64,000 nucleotides of DNA from an uncultured Pseudobdellovibrionaceae bacterium (GTDB lineage Bacteria; Bdellovibrionota; Bdellovibrionia; Bdellovibrionales; JAGQZY01). Below, in pieces: positions 50,236-60,426 of the stretch; position 1 is the stretch's first letter; each line of letters starts with the position of its first letter. The position numbers and the translations under genes are program-made. The stretch covers positions 5,496 to 69,495 of the forward strand of contig CAZOGU010000004.1 in assembly GCA_964579625.1 (NCBI GenBank), in the 5' to 3' direction. Under the pieces are notes generated by a model, which was given only the letters and a program-made list of their open reading frames with translations, was not told the origin of the DNA and made no database searches.

Positions 50236-50948
50236 CTACTTTGCTGTCTCTGGATTTTTTAAGATAAATATATATTCACCAGAAAATGTCTCAATCCAGC
50301 GCCGCGCCGGTTTAAAATAGACCATCCACTTGCGACCCGAACTGGGTTTTATGGGATAACATATTTTTTCAAACTCAAAACCCTCGCGATAGGCGAGTTC
50401 ATTCATGCAAGTGGGTGTGATCCAACAGGTGTGTTCAAAATTGGGAGTGAGTGTACCTTTGCGAAAAACAGAAAAGAAATGCCCCTTAAAAAACGGATTG
50501 GGCGTGGAGATAATCACCCGCCCACCAGGCTTGAGATGTCTTTTTACGAACTGTAAAAAACCCCCAGCATTGGTGATATGTTCAATCACATCTCCAGCGT
50601 GGATCAAATCGAATTTTTCCTGAAAATCAGCGTCCCCTGTCGCATCTGCAAAACGGATGTCGTAACCTAACTTTTGTGCGATCGGGATCAGTTTTTGATT
50701 CACATCAATTCCGACAACTTTTTTGCGACTTGCAGAATTTTTTTAAAAAACCAGTTGGCGTTTCGCATATACTCTTCGGTGTGTTCGCAAGAACCGATAT
50801 CCATCACTGTTTTCCCTGAACATTCACGGAGAATAAAATCATCCCGATGAATCACTTCAAAGTGACGAATGGATAAAAGATATTGTCTATAGAGCTTCGC
50901 CACCTCTGCATTGCAGGGGTCTTCTGTCATTTTGCGCCAATCAAACAT
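50236..50948 (-). pseudogene. SAM-dependent methyltransferase split into two ORFs (50700-50948 and 50236-50703) by a -1 frame change at an A6 tract
   Basis: The upstream ORF carries motif I (VMDIGS). The downstream frame reads KKVVGIDVN..DLIHAGDVIEHI..LKPGGRVIISTPNP. The two join cleanly by a -1 shift at GCA_AAA_AAG. Confidence 0.6.
50718..50724 (-). other. In-phase A_AAA_AAG slippery heptamer at the junction of the split methyltransferase
   Basis: Minus-strand zero-frame codons are GCA AAA AAG, the same heptamer as the E. coli dnaX -1 frameshift site. The zero frame stops 6 codons later. Confidence 0.4.
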
Positions 50949-50998
50949 AGCCTTAACTACTGGGGATTGCTCAGCATGTCAATGCGTCTGAGGCGGCG

Positions 50999-51943
50999 TT
51001 AAATCAATAGATCTTGACTCAGGGGGCGGGGCGTCCAACCCGTGATTTTTTGTAATTTTTCAATGTTGGCGCAGGAATGGAGGATGTCGCCAGGTCTTGG
51101 TGGTGCGTAGTTTTTGGTGACGTAACTCTGGCTTTTTTTAAGATACAAATCGGCCAATTGATCAATGGTAATGGTTTGACCAGATCCCACGTTGAGCACA
51201 TCGATATTTTGCAATTTTGGGTCTCCGTCCACAAGCCCACGCCCTAGTTGCAAGCACACTTTCACAACATCATCCACAAAAACAAAATCACGTGTTGCTT
51301 TGCCGTCACCAAAAATTTGGATGGGCTGATTTGTTTCGGCCGCGTGAGCATAGAGTGTCATCACCCCACTGTAAGGCGAATGACGGTCTTGCCCCTCACC
51401 GTAGATATTAAAAAAACGAAGTCCTAAAAAAGGCCGGGATTCAAGCTGTAAAAAATTTCTGAGAACATCTTCGCAAAATCTCTTTTGAGCGGCATACAAA
51501 CTGAGTGGGGCCCCCAACATCAGATCTTCTTTGAGCTTTGGATGCTGATCTCCAAGGACACCGTAAACGGCACTACTGCTTGCAAAAACAAGAGGGATTT
51601 TTTGCGGATGATTGCGCAGTGCTGTTGCAATTTTTATTGTCGATCGAACATTTGTTTCGAAGGAGCCGACTGGATCTTTTTGGCAAAGCGGAACACTCAC
51701 AATCGCTGCGAGATGATAAATCAGATCAAATTTAAAAAGTTCGTTTTGGTAGTTCTCAATTTCGCGAACATCACGGTGCAAATACTCAACTCCACTCACC
51801 GCTTTAAGAGGGGCACGGACATCCCATGACGTCACCTGGTGTCCTTCACTGAGAGCACGTCGAGCCAAATGAGTCCCAATAAAACCGGCGCCGCCAGTGA
51901 TAAGAATTTTTAGTTTTTGCGAGGTCGTGTTTTGTGTGCTCAT
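50999..51943 (-). CDS. NAD-dependent epimerase/dehydratase (extended SDR)
   Basis: ILITGGAGFIGTHL and YAAQK (YxxxK). Substrate unknown. Confidence 0.85.
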   Translation of the reverse strand: MSTQNTTSQKLKILITGGAGFIGTHLARRALSEGHQVTSWDVRAPLKAVSGVEYLHRDVREIENYQNELFKFDLIYHLAAIVSVPLCQKDPVGSFETNVRSTIKIATALRNHPQKIPLVFASSSAVYGVLGDQHPKLKEDLMLGAPLSLYAAQKRFCEDVLRNFLQLESRPFLGLRFFNIYGEGQDRHSPYSGVMTLYAHAAETNQPIQIFGDGKATRDFVFVDDVVKVCLQLGRGLVDGDPKLQNIDVLNVGSGQTITIDQLADLYLKKSQSYVTKNYAPPRPGDILHSCANIEKLQKITGWTPRPLSQDLLI

Positions 51944-53013
51944 GCCAATAAATTGTTATACTGTTTTAAAACGTTTGCACCAGAAAAGTACTTTTGGGCA
52001 AGCTTATAATTCTGGTTTACTTTCTTCGCGTACTCTTCCGCCGTCCAGCTCAATGTCTCTTCGACACAGCGACTTAAATGCTCAATATCACCGTCTTTGG
52101 CTTGCAGAAAATCAAACCCCATTTTTAAAAATTCGGGAAAAACCGTATTGTCGTAAGTGATTGGCAAGGTTTTGGCTAAAAAAGCTTCTATCAAAGTATT
52201 GGGAAGCCCTTCGCCCTTGGAAGGAAAAAGGAGGTATTGAGCTTCGCAGAGTTTTTGAAAAACCTGATTGGTAAAACCCACAAAGTAAACCCGCTCTTTT
52301 AATTCGGGATTGTTTTGGACCGATGTGTGCAGTCTTTGCGACAAGGCTTCATCCTCCACGCCTCCCAAAAAAGACAAAGTGGCTGGCCTCTTTTTCTGCG
52401 CAAGATGGGCTAGCACTTTGAGGCAGTCTTCGTGTCCCTTACCCTCGGCGATACGCCCCACATGAATCAATTGGGCAGGAGAGGACAGTGTTTTTTCGCC
52501 AGTAAAGGTCCAATCGCAAGGAAGATAGACTACTTTTGTATTTTGTTCCGTTGCACCGGGAATGATTTGTATAACGTTTCTTTTGATATGTTCACTCACT
52601 GGAATATGAAATTTTACGGATCGATAAATTAGCGCATGAAGTGGATCTTTTTTGCTATGAGATTTTGTCGTCCCATGAAAGTTAAGGATGCGAACCTTCA
52701 GTCCTAAACAAGCTAGCGCCAAAGATTTAAGCTCCGAGGCTCCAAAAAAAATCAAATTCTTTATCTTCAGACTTTTTATAATTTGACGAACATCACGAAT
52801 GCAGCGAAGACTGAAGTTCCCAGTAAAATCCACCACCTCGAACCCGATTCCATCGGCCACTAAACTTTTTTCGCATGTCTCGATATAACTTCCGCGACGA
52901 CACACAAGTGTCACGGAATGATCTTGAGCCAATAGACGAGCGACACCCATGGCATTGAGTTCCATTCCACCTTTGTTGTTAGAAAAACAGGCGACAACAA
53001 CAGTGGTCTTCAC
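51940..53013 (-). CDS. GT4/group 1 glycosyltransferase
   Basis: PSKGEGLPNTLIEAF. Probable GTG start at 53013 in a GTGA overlap with the upstream stop. ATGA overlap with the downstream gene. Confidence 0.8.
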   Translation of the reverse strand: MKTTVVVACFSNNKGGMELNAMGVARLLAQDHSVTLVCRRGSYIETCEKSLVADGIGFEVVDFTGNFSLRCIRDVRQIIKSLKIKNLIFFGASELKSLALACLGLKVRILNFHGTTKSHSKKDPLHALIYRSVKFHIPVSEHIKRNVIQIIPGATEQNTKVVYLPCDWTFTGEKTLSSPAQLIHVGRIAEGKGHEDCLKVLAHLAQKKRPATLSFLGGVEDEALSQRLHTSVQNNPELKERVYFVGFTNQVFQKLCEAQYLLFPSKGEGLPNTLIEAFLAKTLPITYDNTVFPEFLKMGFDFLQAKDGDIEHLSRCVEETLSWTAEEYAKKVNQNYKLAQKYFSGANVLKQYNNLLA

Positions 53014-53900
53014 AATTCCACCACAACAACTTTTGGAATAAGATCCAGACCACAATCCGTTTTGACAATTTTTTCTCGTGCGTGACGTGCAAAGATCTCT
53101 GGGAGTGGACCACCCACTTTACGAATGGGATGCCACAGATGATACTGAACCGCCACATTACAGACTGATTTGATTCGTACGCCTCGATTGCGAAGTCGAA
53201 TGTCCAAATCGGAATCTTCGGCCCCGCAGGACTCTTTAAAACTCATATCAAAACCATTGAGACTTTCGAGGTCCGACTTAAAAAAAGAGACGTTACAACC
53301 CACAATTCCGCGGGACTTTCGATTGATCCACTTTCGTAAAAAGGCACTTTGAAAGTAGAGACCTCTTGCCCACTGATTGTTTTTTTGAAAGATCATAAAG
53401 AAGAACATCCACCAGTAGTTTTTTTGCAAAAATCCGTTTTTGATCTTGGCGACATTGAGCAAGTTAGAAAGCCACAGAGTCAATTCGGCTCTTCTCCCGG
53501 AGAGTGCTGCGCCAGCTTCACGGTTTGTAAAGTGTTCTCTCACAAACTCTGGATGCAGAATGCAGTCTTGATCCACAGTGATGATATAGGGACTTCGCGC
53601 ATTTATGATGGCTTTGTTAAGCATTTCCACTTTTCGCCATCCATCGTCCTTGTGCCAAAGATGCTGCATTCTTAAAGATGTTGCCTTCATGTAGGCGCGG
53701 ATGTGATCGACCACTTCTGGGCGCGAACCGTCGTCGCAAATGAGCACCTCAAAATTTTTAAAAGACTGCATTTCAAGGCTTGCCATCTGCAGATCAAAAA
53801 AACGACTGTGATTATAAAAACCAACAACCACGCTGACTTCGGGAGGTGTTAGAGATCGATCTTTTTGATTCGAATGAATCGTGTAGTCTAAAATATCCAT
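53010..53900 (-). CDS. GT2 glycosyltransferase
   Basis: VSVVVGFYN...EVLICDDGS and VDQDC motifs. Start placed at the ATG at 53900; the ORF is open to 53963. Confidence 0.8.
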   Translation of the reverse strand: MDILDYTIHSNQKDRSLTPPEVSVVVGFYNHSRFFDLQMASLEMQSFKNFEVLICDDGSRPEVVDHIRAYMKATSLRMQHLWHKDDGWRKVEMLNKAIINARSPYIITVDQDCILHPEFVREHFTNREAGAALSGRRAELTLWLSNLLNVAKIKNGFLQKNYWWMFFFMIFQKNNQWARGLYFQSAFLRKWINRKSRGIVGCNVSFFKSDLESLNGFDMSFKESCGAEDSDLDIRLRNRGVRIKSVCNVAVQYHLWHPIRKVGGPLPEIFARHAREKIVKTDCGLDLIPKVVVVEL

Positions 53901-53981
53901 GAAATCCAATTTTACGAGTAAAAACAACAGCCTGCAATGATCTATTGACCGAAGATTAATCATATGACATTCACATAGGCA

Positions 53982-54971
53982 ATGAAAATATTGTACGTGA
54001 ATTCCCCAGAGTGGGATTACATGCAGGATCTCCTTTACTCAGGCTTTGTCAAAGTCTGTGGGGCGGAAAATGTCTATGATTTTCCAATGCATAAGCGCTA
54101 TCACTGGATTGATAAAAAATACCCCAAAAATTTAGGTCTCAACCGTGGTTGGCATTCTTTACAAAGACTTTTTTCACCTTTCCCCAAAGACATTGATGCT
54201 GTTGTGGTGGGTTCCAGCAAGCACCATGCGCTGAAGAACTATATGTCTCTTCTTGCAAAGATTCCAAAATCAGTACCAGTTGTTCTTATTGATGGTGGTG
54301 ATCAACCCGCAATTGGGGGCGATCTTATTTACTATAAATCCCCTTACGTTTTAGAAAACGTTGAGAAGGTTCGTCCTTTTGATTTTATTTTTAAACGAGA
54401 ATTTTTACCTGAGTATCTAAAAAATCCACGAATAATTCCTCTTCCATTTTGCATGAACATGGATCGCATTCCAAAACCTTTGCCTTCACAAAAAAAATAC
54501 GATGTCAGCTTTTGGGCGGTGGAGAGCGATCCGATCCGCACCAAAGCACTCACTCTTTTGGAAAATCAATTTGATTGCCGGCAAAACGGTACCACTCGTA
54601 ATCAAAAGTTTCATTTGTACAAACGCAAAGGTCGCTTTTATCTTGAAGAACTTGCTCGTTGCAAAATTGTTCTTCACTTTCGAGGTGGTGGCTGGGATAC
54701 CATGCGCTATTGGGAAGTTCCTGCTGTGGGAAGTTTAATGATCACACCAAACCCCGGAATTGTCATTCCCAATGACTTTCAAGATGGACGTCATGTCGTT
54801 CATTGCAAAGACGATCTCTCTGACTTGATCGACAAATGTGATTATTATCTTAAGAACGATCAACTCAGAGAAACGATAGCCCAGGCGGGCCATCTGCATC
54901 TTCTAACTTATCATCAAGATATTCATCGCGCTCAAGTCGTTATCGATACTCTTACGAAATTTAACTTGTAA
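53982..54971 (+). CDS. CgeB/DUF3880-like putative glycosyltransferase
   Basis: The C-terminal MRYWEVPAVGSLMI...L.D.I..YL....R..IA..G pattern resembles the Glyco_trans_1_2 family. Confidence 0.5.
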   Translation: MKILYVNSPEWDYMQDLLYSGFVKVCGAENVYDFPMHKRYHWIDKKYPKNLGLNRGWHSLQRLFSPFPKDIDAVVVGSSKHHALKNYMSLLAKIPKSVPVVLIDGGDQPAIGGDLIYYKSPYVLENVEKVRPFDFIFKREFLPEYLKNPRIIPLPFCMNMDRIPKPLPSQKKYDVSFWAVESDPIRTKALTLLENQFDCRQNGTTRNQKFHLYKRKGRFYLEELARCKIVLHFRGGGWDTMRYWEVPAVGSLMITPNPGIVIPNDFQDGRHVVHCKDDLSDLIDKCDYYLKNDQLRETIAQAGHLHLLTYHQDIHRAQVVIDTLTKFNL

Positions 54972-56562
54972 TGATCGGTATTTTGGTATCCAGGCTGTTC
55001 ATCATTTCGATGGGATACAAATAGCGACCATTGGAGTCGGGAGGTGGCGCCGTCTCAGTCATGCCGTATCCTGGGCGACCATTGCGGCGATAGTCTGATG
55101 GTACGTGACCCATGGCTTGTACGATGTTGGCTGCCAATCTTCCCAAGGGTACTCCCGCACGCAAGAAAGGATTTTGCGGATCATAAATGTTTAAAACCGC
55201 GCGATTTTCTAAATTTCTTAAGTCAACAAAATTTCCAGTTTGAAAATAACCATTTCCAGAACCTGCAATCACACACCCCATGCTATTTAAGTCGTGAGTC
55301 GTTGGACCCGCTTCATGCAAGTGCATCACCACTCCACGATCCAACAGCGTTTGACCGTTTCCTGCGTCAATTGCATCAAGCTTTCTTACAACCGCACCAA
55401 AGAGATTCTCCGATTGCCAACGAAGGTTGCGGTTGTGAGTCAATTGAATAGTGCGACTTCTATTTACTGAGTGGGCTATTTCTTCGTGATAATCGCCTGT
55501 ATGAAGAAAGTGATCATTATGACCAGAAAGATTCGCGAGTCGAGTTGCTCCACAACTAAAAGAAACTGCCAATAAATCTGTCAACATATCCCAAGCGCGA
55601 TTATAGTCCGACTGACTTGAGTAATTTGAAGCATCAAATCCATTGTACCCAGAAACCGGCGGTGACACTACATCACTGCATGTGTTAACAACAACTCTAT
55701 ATTTCCTTTCGGTCTCAAACATAAACTCAGCATGTTGAGCGAGTCGCTGCTTATCAACGGAAGAAATGCGACGAGCAAAGCCAGTGGTTCCATTAACAAG
55801 TCGATTAAAATCTTCGAGAACACGATCTAATAAAAATGAACGCCTAGCTCGCTGCGCGAGAAGTTGACTATCATTTGTTCCCTGATATTTCAAAAAAAGT
55901 TCGTTATAAATTTGCTGAATCGAATCGCCAGTATTTCGATATTTGATTCCACCATTGATCCAAGAGTATTCAAGATGGCTCCGACTCAGGACGGGAGTGG
56001 AGAGGGCCGTTCGGTCCGTGTAAAACTTCGGTGAATTCGCCAGAAATTGATCGATTGTGGGCCATGATGGGGACTCCGGAAATATAGACTGAGCCCCGCC
56101 GGTAATACTGTGAGAATGGGCAGAAGCCGCCATATATCCATCGATTCCGACAAGCATATTTATTTTAGAAAGATATGGATTTAAATAAGAGCCAAGAATA
56201 AACGAAAGTCGTTGCTGACCACCGTCGACGTTCCCTCCATCATGCCCTACACTTGATGTCAATAAATTCGATAATCTTGCTGATCGAATTGTATGGGCAA
56301 TCCCGTTCTGGCCGCCGGCAGGAATGAGTATACTTGGCGTAAACACACTCGATGTCGGATTATCAATAAAGGGACCAGGAAACCAATCTTTATGAAGACC
56401 TGGTCCACCGTGATCTGTACCGATCAACACGAGATACTGTTGTGAGGCTAACGCTTGTGCATGTGCTTCTGAGGTTAATAGAGACGGCAAAACCGGAAGC
56501 GCCATTAAGCTGCCCCCAACACCTTGTAAAAAATGACGTCGGGATTGTTTCGAATACTTCAT
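54961..56562 (-). CDS. Tat-exported DUF1552-family protein
   Basis: SRRHFLQGVGGSLMALPVLPS leader typical of DUF1552. His-rich clusters (SAHSHS, HNDHFLHTGDYHEE). Confidence 0.7.
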   Translation of the reverse strand: MKYSKQSRRHFLQGVGGSLMALPVLPSLLTSEAHAQALASQQYLVLIGTDHGGPGLHKDWFPGPFIDNPTSSVFTPSILIPAGGQNGIAHTIRSARLSNLLTSSVGHDGGNVDGGQQRLSFILGSYLNPYLSKINMLVGIDGYMAASAHSHSITGGAQSIFPESPSWPTIDQFLANSPKFYTDRTALSTPVLSRSHLEYSWINGGIKYRNTGDSIQQIYNELFLKYQGTNDSQLLAQRARRSFLLDRVLEDFNRLVNGTTGFARRISSVDKQRLAQHAEFMFETERKYRVVVNTCSDVVSPPVSGYNGFDASNYSSQSDYNRAWDMLTDLLAVSFSCGATRLANLSGHNDHFLHTGDYHEEIAHSVNRSRTIQLTHNRNLRWQSENLFGAVVRKLDAIDAGNGQTLLDRGVVMHLHEAGPTTHDLNSMGCVIAGSGNGYFQTGNFVDLRNLENRAVLNIYDPQNPFLRAGVPLGRLAANIVQAMGHVPSDYRRNGRPGYGMTETAPPPDSNGRYLYPIEMMNSLDTKIPIITS

Positions 56563-58364
56563 CTTGCTCTCCTCTTTGTAAACTCAGGCTGTGTTGTGAT
56601 TGCTTTTACTGCACTCAATATACTTCCATCTGTTCCATTTACGCTTTCAAAGACGGACTTAACCGCGCAGGGGTTTTCTTCAACTTCCAAGTTGGCCTTC
56701 TGTGCAAAATTCCAGAGCTTAGATGAAAAACAAGCCAACGCATTTGGGTTTTGAGCCAATTTATTACTTAGGTCTACGGCCCCTTTCACTTCACTGTTTA
56801 CAAAGGGATCGAGACTCATAGAAATTGTGGATTGAACAGGTTTTGTTGTTAATACTTGTCCTTGTTGAGCCGCTCCTTCCGGATGAAAAACTCGCTCCGT
56901 TGTGCGAAATTGTCCAAAAGAGTCAAAATTATCAAAAGCAAAACCGATGGGGTTAATGATATTTTTATGACATCCAATGCAGGTTGATCCCTGTGTTTCG
57001 GTGATTGCCCGAACTCTTTCTTGATCACTCATCGTATCTAGGATGACCACATTTTCCGGAGTCGCGTTATCAGCAGGGACAGTGAGGTCTTGGCACATAA
57101 AGTCTCGATAGACATGCACACCCCTCATGATTGGGCGAGTTGATCCAGAGCCTGTGTATAGAAATTGAGCTCTGGTTAAAATCCCTGCACGTTGAGACGC
57201 TGGAGCACGAATTAAATTTTCGGATTCAGATCGACCATTCCAAATAGTAGACCCATAAATACTCGCCATGAATTGATTTCGTGGAAAGACCAATGGACTT
57301 GTCATCAGTTTGGCGTAATTGGCTCTTTCGACCCATATCAGATGTTCAAAATAATCGTAGACCTCATTGATAAGGCTCTCTCTCAAAACAGTTGGATCGG
57401 GGTTGTTAAGCTCACTCAATCGAGTTTGAACCTCACGAATGTCAGTGCGCAGGTTGGCCGTGTTATCGAGACGCAACCATTGGTTGGCAAAAAATCTGGA
57501 GAGCCGGCTTCGTGCTTTTGGATGCTCCAAGAGCCTATCCACTTGGGAGGAAAAAGTTGATGGATTTAGCAAACTTCCGTCTGCAGCAACACGAAAGAGT
57601 TCTTCATCCGGCATACTTTGCAAAATAAAGTAGGACAATTTGTTGGCCCGTTCGTAAGCATCAAGTTCGATCAATCCAGTGCTTGTTGCCGATTCTCCAA
57701 ACTGATTATGGTAATAAAAAAACGGTGAGGAGATCATGGAGACGATAACGTTACGATAGCTATCGGCATGTCCACGCATAACTTGAAGGTAGTAATTACG
57801 TGAATCACTATCGACAACGCGGCGAAGAGCTCGTAAACCAAAGTTATCGATAAAACTTAACTGACAAGCTTCTGTTGTCCGATTTGAGGAGCAAGCCCCA
57901 AGCATGCGATTGACTGTCGTGGATTGAGATGTGATGTAATCAGCGACACCTTCAGCAAGTAGGAAATGCCTTTCTACATGCGTAGCTGTAACGTCGCCGT
58001 TGGCGAGATCCATACCAACATTCACTTTGTTTTTTGGTATGTTGTTAATTAAGGGGCGAATTCGCGACAAGAACTGAGATTGCTGTGTGCTATCTAGGTA
58101 AGGCTCAAATAGATCTACAAGAGTGTTTTCCAATTCGAATTGATTCAATGGCAGTAATTGATTCTCATTGGGGAGTCGAGGATCGCTGGGAGAGCAACTC
58201 AGTGAAAAAGCTGTCACCGAAGCAAGCTGACTAGAACTATTCGAAGCATGGTAAGGCGCGCAGTTTTGATAAAAAGTAACAACAATGATCATGAGTACTG
58301 AATAGAAAAATTTGATCCCCATAACCACTACCCCCTGATCGTCCAAAAAAGAATTTACATTCAT
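56559..58364 (-). CDS. DUF1592/DUF1588/DUF1585-type protein with a CxxCH motif
   Basis: CIGCHKNIINPIGFAFDNFDSFGQFR. N-terminal hydrophobic anchor. ATGA overlap with the DUF1552 gene. Confidence 0.65.
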   Translation of the reverse strand: MNVNSFLDDQGVVVMGIKFFYSVLMIIVVTFYQNCAPYHASNSSSQLASVTAFSLSCSPSDPRLPNENQLLPLNQFELENTLVDLFEPYLDSTQQSQFLSRIRPLINNIPKNKVNVGMDLANGDVTATHVERHFLLAEGVADYITSQSTTVNRMLGACSSNRTTEACQLSFIDNFGLRALRRVVDSDSRNYYLQVMRGHADSYRNVIVSMISSPFFYYHNQFGESATSTGLIELDAYERANKLSYFILQSMPDEELFRVAADGSLLNPSTFSSQVDRLLEHPKARSRLSRFFANQWLRLDNTANLRTDIREVQTRLSELNNPDPTVLRESLINEVYDYFEHLIWVERANYAKLMTSPLVFPRNQFMASIYGSTIWNGRSESENLIRAPASQRAGILTRAQFLYTGSGSTRPIMRGVHVYRDFMCQDLTVPADNATPENVVILDTMSDQERVRAITETQGSTCIGCHKNIINPIGFAFDNFDSFGQFRTTERVFHPEGAAQQGQVLTTKPVQSTISMSLDPFVNSEVKGAVDLSNKLAQNPNALACFSSKLWNFAQKANLEVEENPCAVKSVFESVNGTDGSILSAVKAITTQPEFTKRRAR

Positions 58365-58532
58365 TATTATAAGGGCTTTTCGTCATAAATTAAGAAAAGG
58401 ATTATGGATTTATCAATCTGATATGAAATTCATGGCGTTTGTTTTTTAAAGTGTCTCAATTCAAGATTTTAGACAAAACTTAAAACATTTTTGTGCCTTA
58501 TTATGCGACCGCGTTGAATCGCAGAATTATTA

Positions 58533-60368
58533 TTACGCCATGGGCTTTTGAGAAGAGGACATTTCCTGAAGTTTGTAATAGCGTGCGTAGTACTGATTCT
58601 TCTCAAGCAAGTCACGATGAGTTCCCTTCTCAACAATTTTTCCCTCTTCGAGAACTAAAATAAGATCGGCCGATTGGATTGTTGAGAGGCGATGGGCAAC
58701 AATAAAAGATGTTCGATTTTGCAATAGTGATGAAATTCCTTTTTGCACCTCGGTTTCGCTTGCAGAGTCAAGAGCGCTCGTAGCTTCATCTAAAATAAGA
58801 ATAGGAGCGTCCTTAAAAAGGGCACGGGCGATGCTCAGTCGTTGTTTTTGGCCACCCGAAAAGTTGCTACCTCGCTCACCCGTTCGAGCTAAAAAGCCAA
58901 GAGGAATCTCTTCGATAAACTTTAAGGCGTTCGCTTTTCGTGCTGCCTCGATCATTTGATCTTGTGTCTTAGATGTATTCCCACAACGAATGTTTTCTTC
59001 AATGGTTTCATCAAAGATAAAAGTATCTTGAGAAACATAAGCAATTTCGTCTCTGAGCCTCTTGAGCGAAACTTCGCGAATGTCGACTCCCTCGACGAGA
59101 ATGGATCCTTGCGTCGGATCAAAAAATCGTTCGAGCAAATTAATCAGCGTTGATTTACCTCCGCCACTCTCTCCCACAAGCGCAACGGTCTGTCCTCGCT
59201 GAACGGTTAGATTGATATTGTTGAGAACTTTTTTATCACTGTATTGAAACTCAACATTTCGGAACTCGATGGTTTTCCAGTCGACCGGAAACTGTTTCTG
59301 TTGCTCCACCGGTTTCTCTGTGACCACGTCTTGGCTGTCGATGATCTGAAAAACCCGCTGAATGCTCACTTCTGTTTGCTGAATCCCTACAATCGCCTGC
59401 TGAATCTTTTTGATGGGCTTTTCGAGGTTGGCGGCCAGAGAGATAAACATCAAAAAGGAGGAGAGATCGGATTGTCCTTTGAGGATCATTCGCCCCACAT
59501 ACAAACACAGACCACCGACTACAAAAGAGACTAAGAACTCATTGATCGGACTTGCGATTTCCATTCGTTTAGAGACTTTTTTACGAACGGCATTGTAGTG
59601 ATTGATTCTTTGGCGAAAGCGTTCGCGAACATAGTTTTCCAAATTGTAGGAGTGAATCACTCGAATGCCATCCACCGACTCTTTAAAAATTTTAGTCAGA
59701 GAATCCAAATTCTCCTGACTTTCACCCGACAACTTTCGCAGTCGCTTACTCACGCGCTGAATGACAAGTCCCACAATTGGAGAAAAAATCAAACAGATCA
59801 AAGTTAATTTTGTATCGAGCCAAAACATGGAGGCCAAGCTAATCAAAGCAATAAAGGGTTCACGCACCAAATCCATGTAAAGATTGAGACCTTGTTGAAT
59901 GATTAAAGTGTCGTTGAGGGTGCGACTCAATAAACTTCCAGAGCCGGATTGGAGGTTTGAAAAAAAACGATAATTGAGTGAAACAAGGCGATTGAGTAGC
60001 TCGTAACGGAGCTCGTTACTCACTTTTTCGGCCAAGTACCGAGCGCGATACTGATTGATAAATCGAACAAGGCCCAAAATAAGAAAAACAATCGGAAAGC
60101 CAATTGCCGCCACTTTGAGCTGCAATTCATGATCGAGCAAAAAAGATTGAATCGCATCCGCACCAAATTGATTTTCGAGCCATGACAACAGAGGTTTTGG
60201 AATCTTTTTGGTGATATCTCTTTGTTCAAGAGCATTGGTCAATAAGCCAATAAGCACAGTCGGAAAAGCCGCCACAATCCCCAGCACAAAACCGGAGACA
60301 AAAACAAACACAACTTCCCAACGAAAGGGACGAATGAATTGGCCGAGCTTAAGGATGTTTTTTAGCAT
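58533..60368 (-). CDS. msbA: ABC exporter, fused TMD-NBD, MsbA-like lipid A/LPS flippase
   Basis: 6 TM segments plus an NBD: GESGGGKST, LSGGQKQRLSIARA and ILILDEATSALD. The MsbA assignment rests on architecture and context. Confidence 0.7.
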   Translation of the reverse strand: MLKNILKLGQFIRPFRWEVVFVFVSGFVLGIVAAFPTVLIGLLTNALEQRDITKKIPKPLLSWLENQFGADAIQSFLLDHELQLKVAAIGFPIVFLILGLVRFINQYRARYLAEKVSNELRYELLNRLVSLNYRFFSNLQSGSGSLLSRTLNDTLIIQQGLNLYMDLVREPFIALISLASMFWLDTKLTLICLIFSPIVGLVIQRVSKRLRKLSGESQENLDSLTKIFKESVDGIRVIHSYNLENYVRERFRQRINHYNAVRKKVSKRMEIASPINEFLVSFVVGGLCLYVGRMILKGQSDLSSFLMFISLAANLEKPIKKIQQAIVGIQQTEVSIQRVFQIIDSQDVVTEKPVEQQKQFPVDWKTIEFRNVEFQYSDKKVLNNINLTVQRGQTVALVGESGGGKSTLINLLERFFDPTQGSILVEGVDIREVSLKRLRDEIAYVSQDTFIFDETIEENIRCGNTSKTQDQMIEAARKANALKFIEEIPLGFLARTGERGSNFSGGQKQRLSIARALFKDAPILILDEATSALDSASETEVQKGISSLLQNRTSFIVAHRLSTIQSADLILVLEEGKIVEKGTHRDLLEKNQYYARYYKLQEMSSSQKPMA

Positions 60369-60426
60369 GGTTGCTTATATCGAGGTCTATAGCCATTGTC
60401 TGCAATTTTTCGCTCATTTCAGAGGC

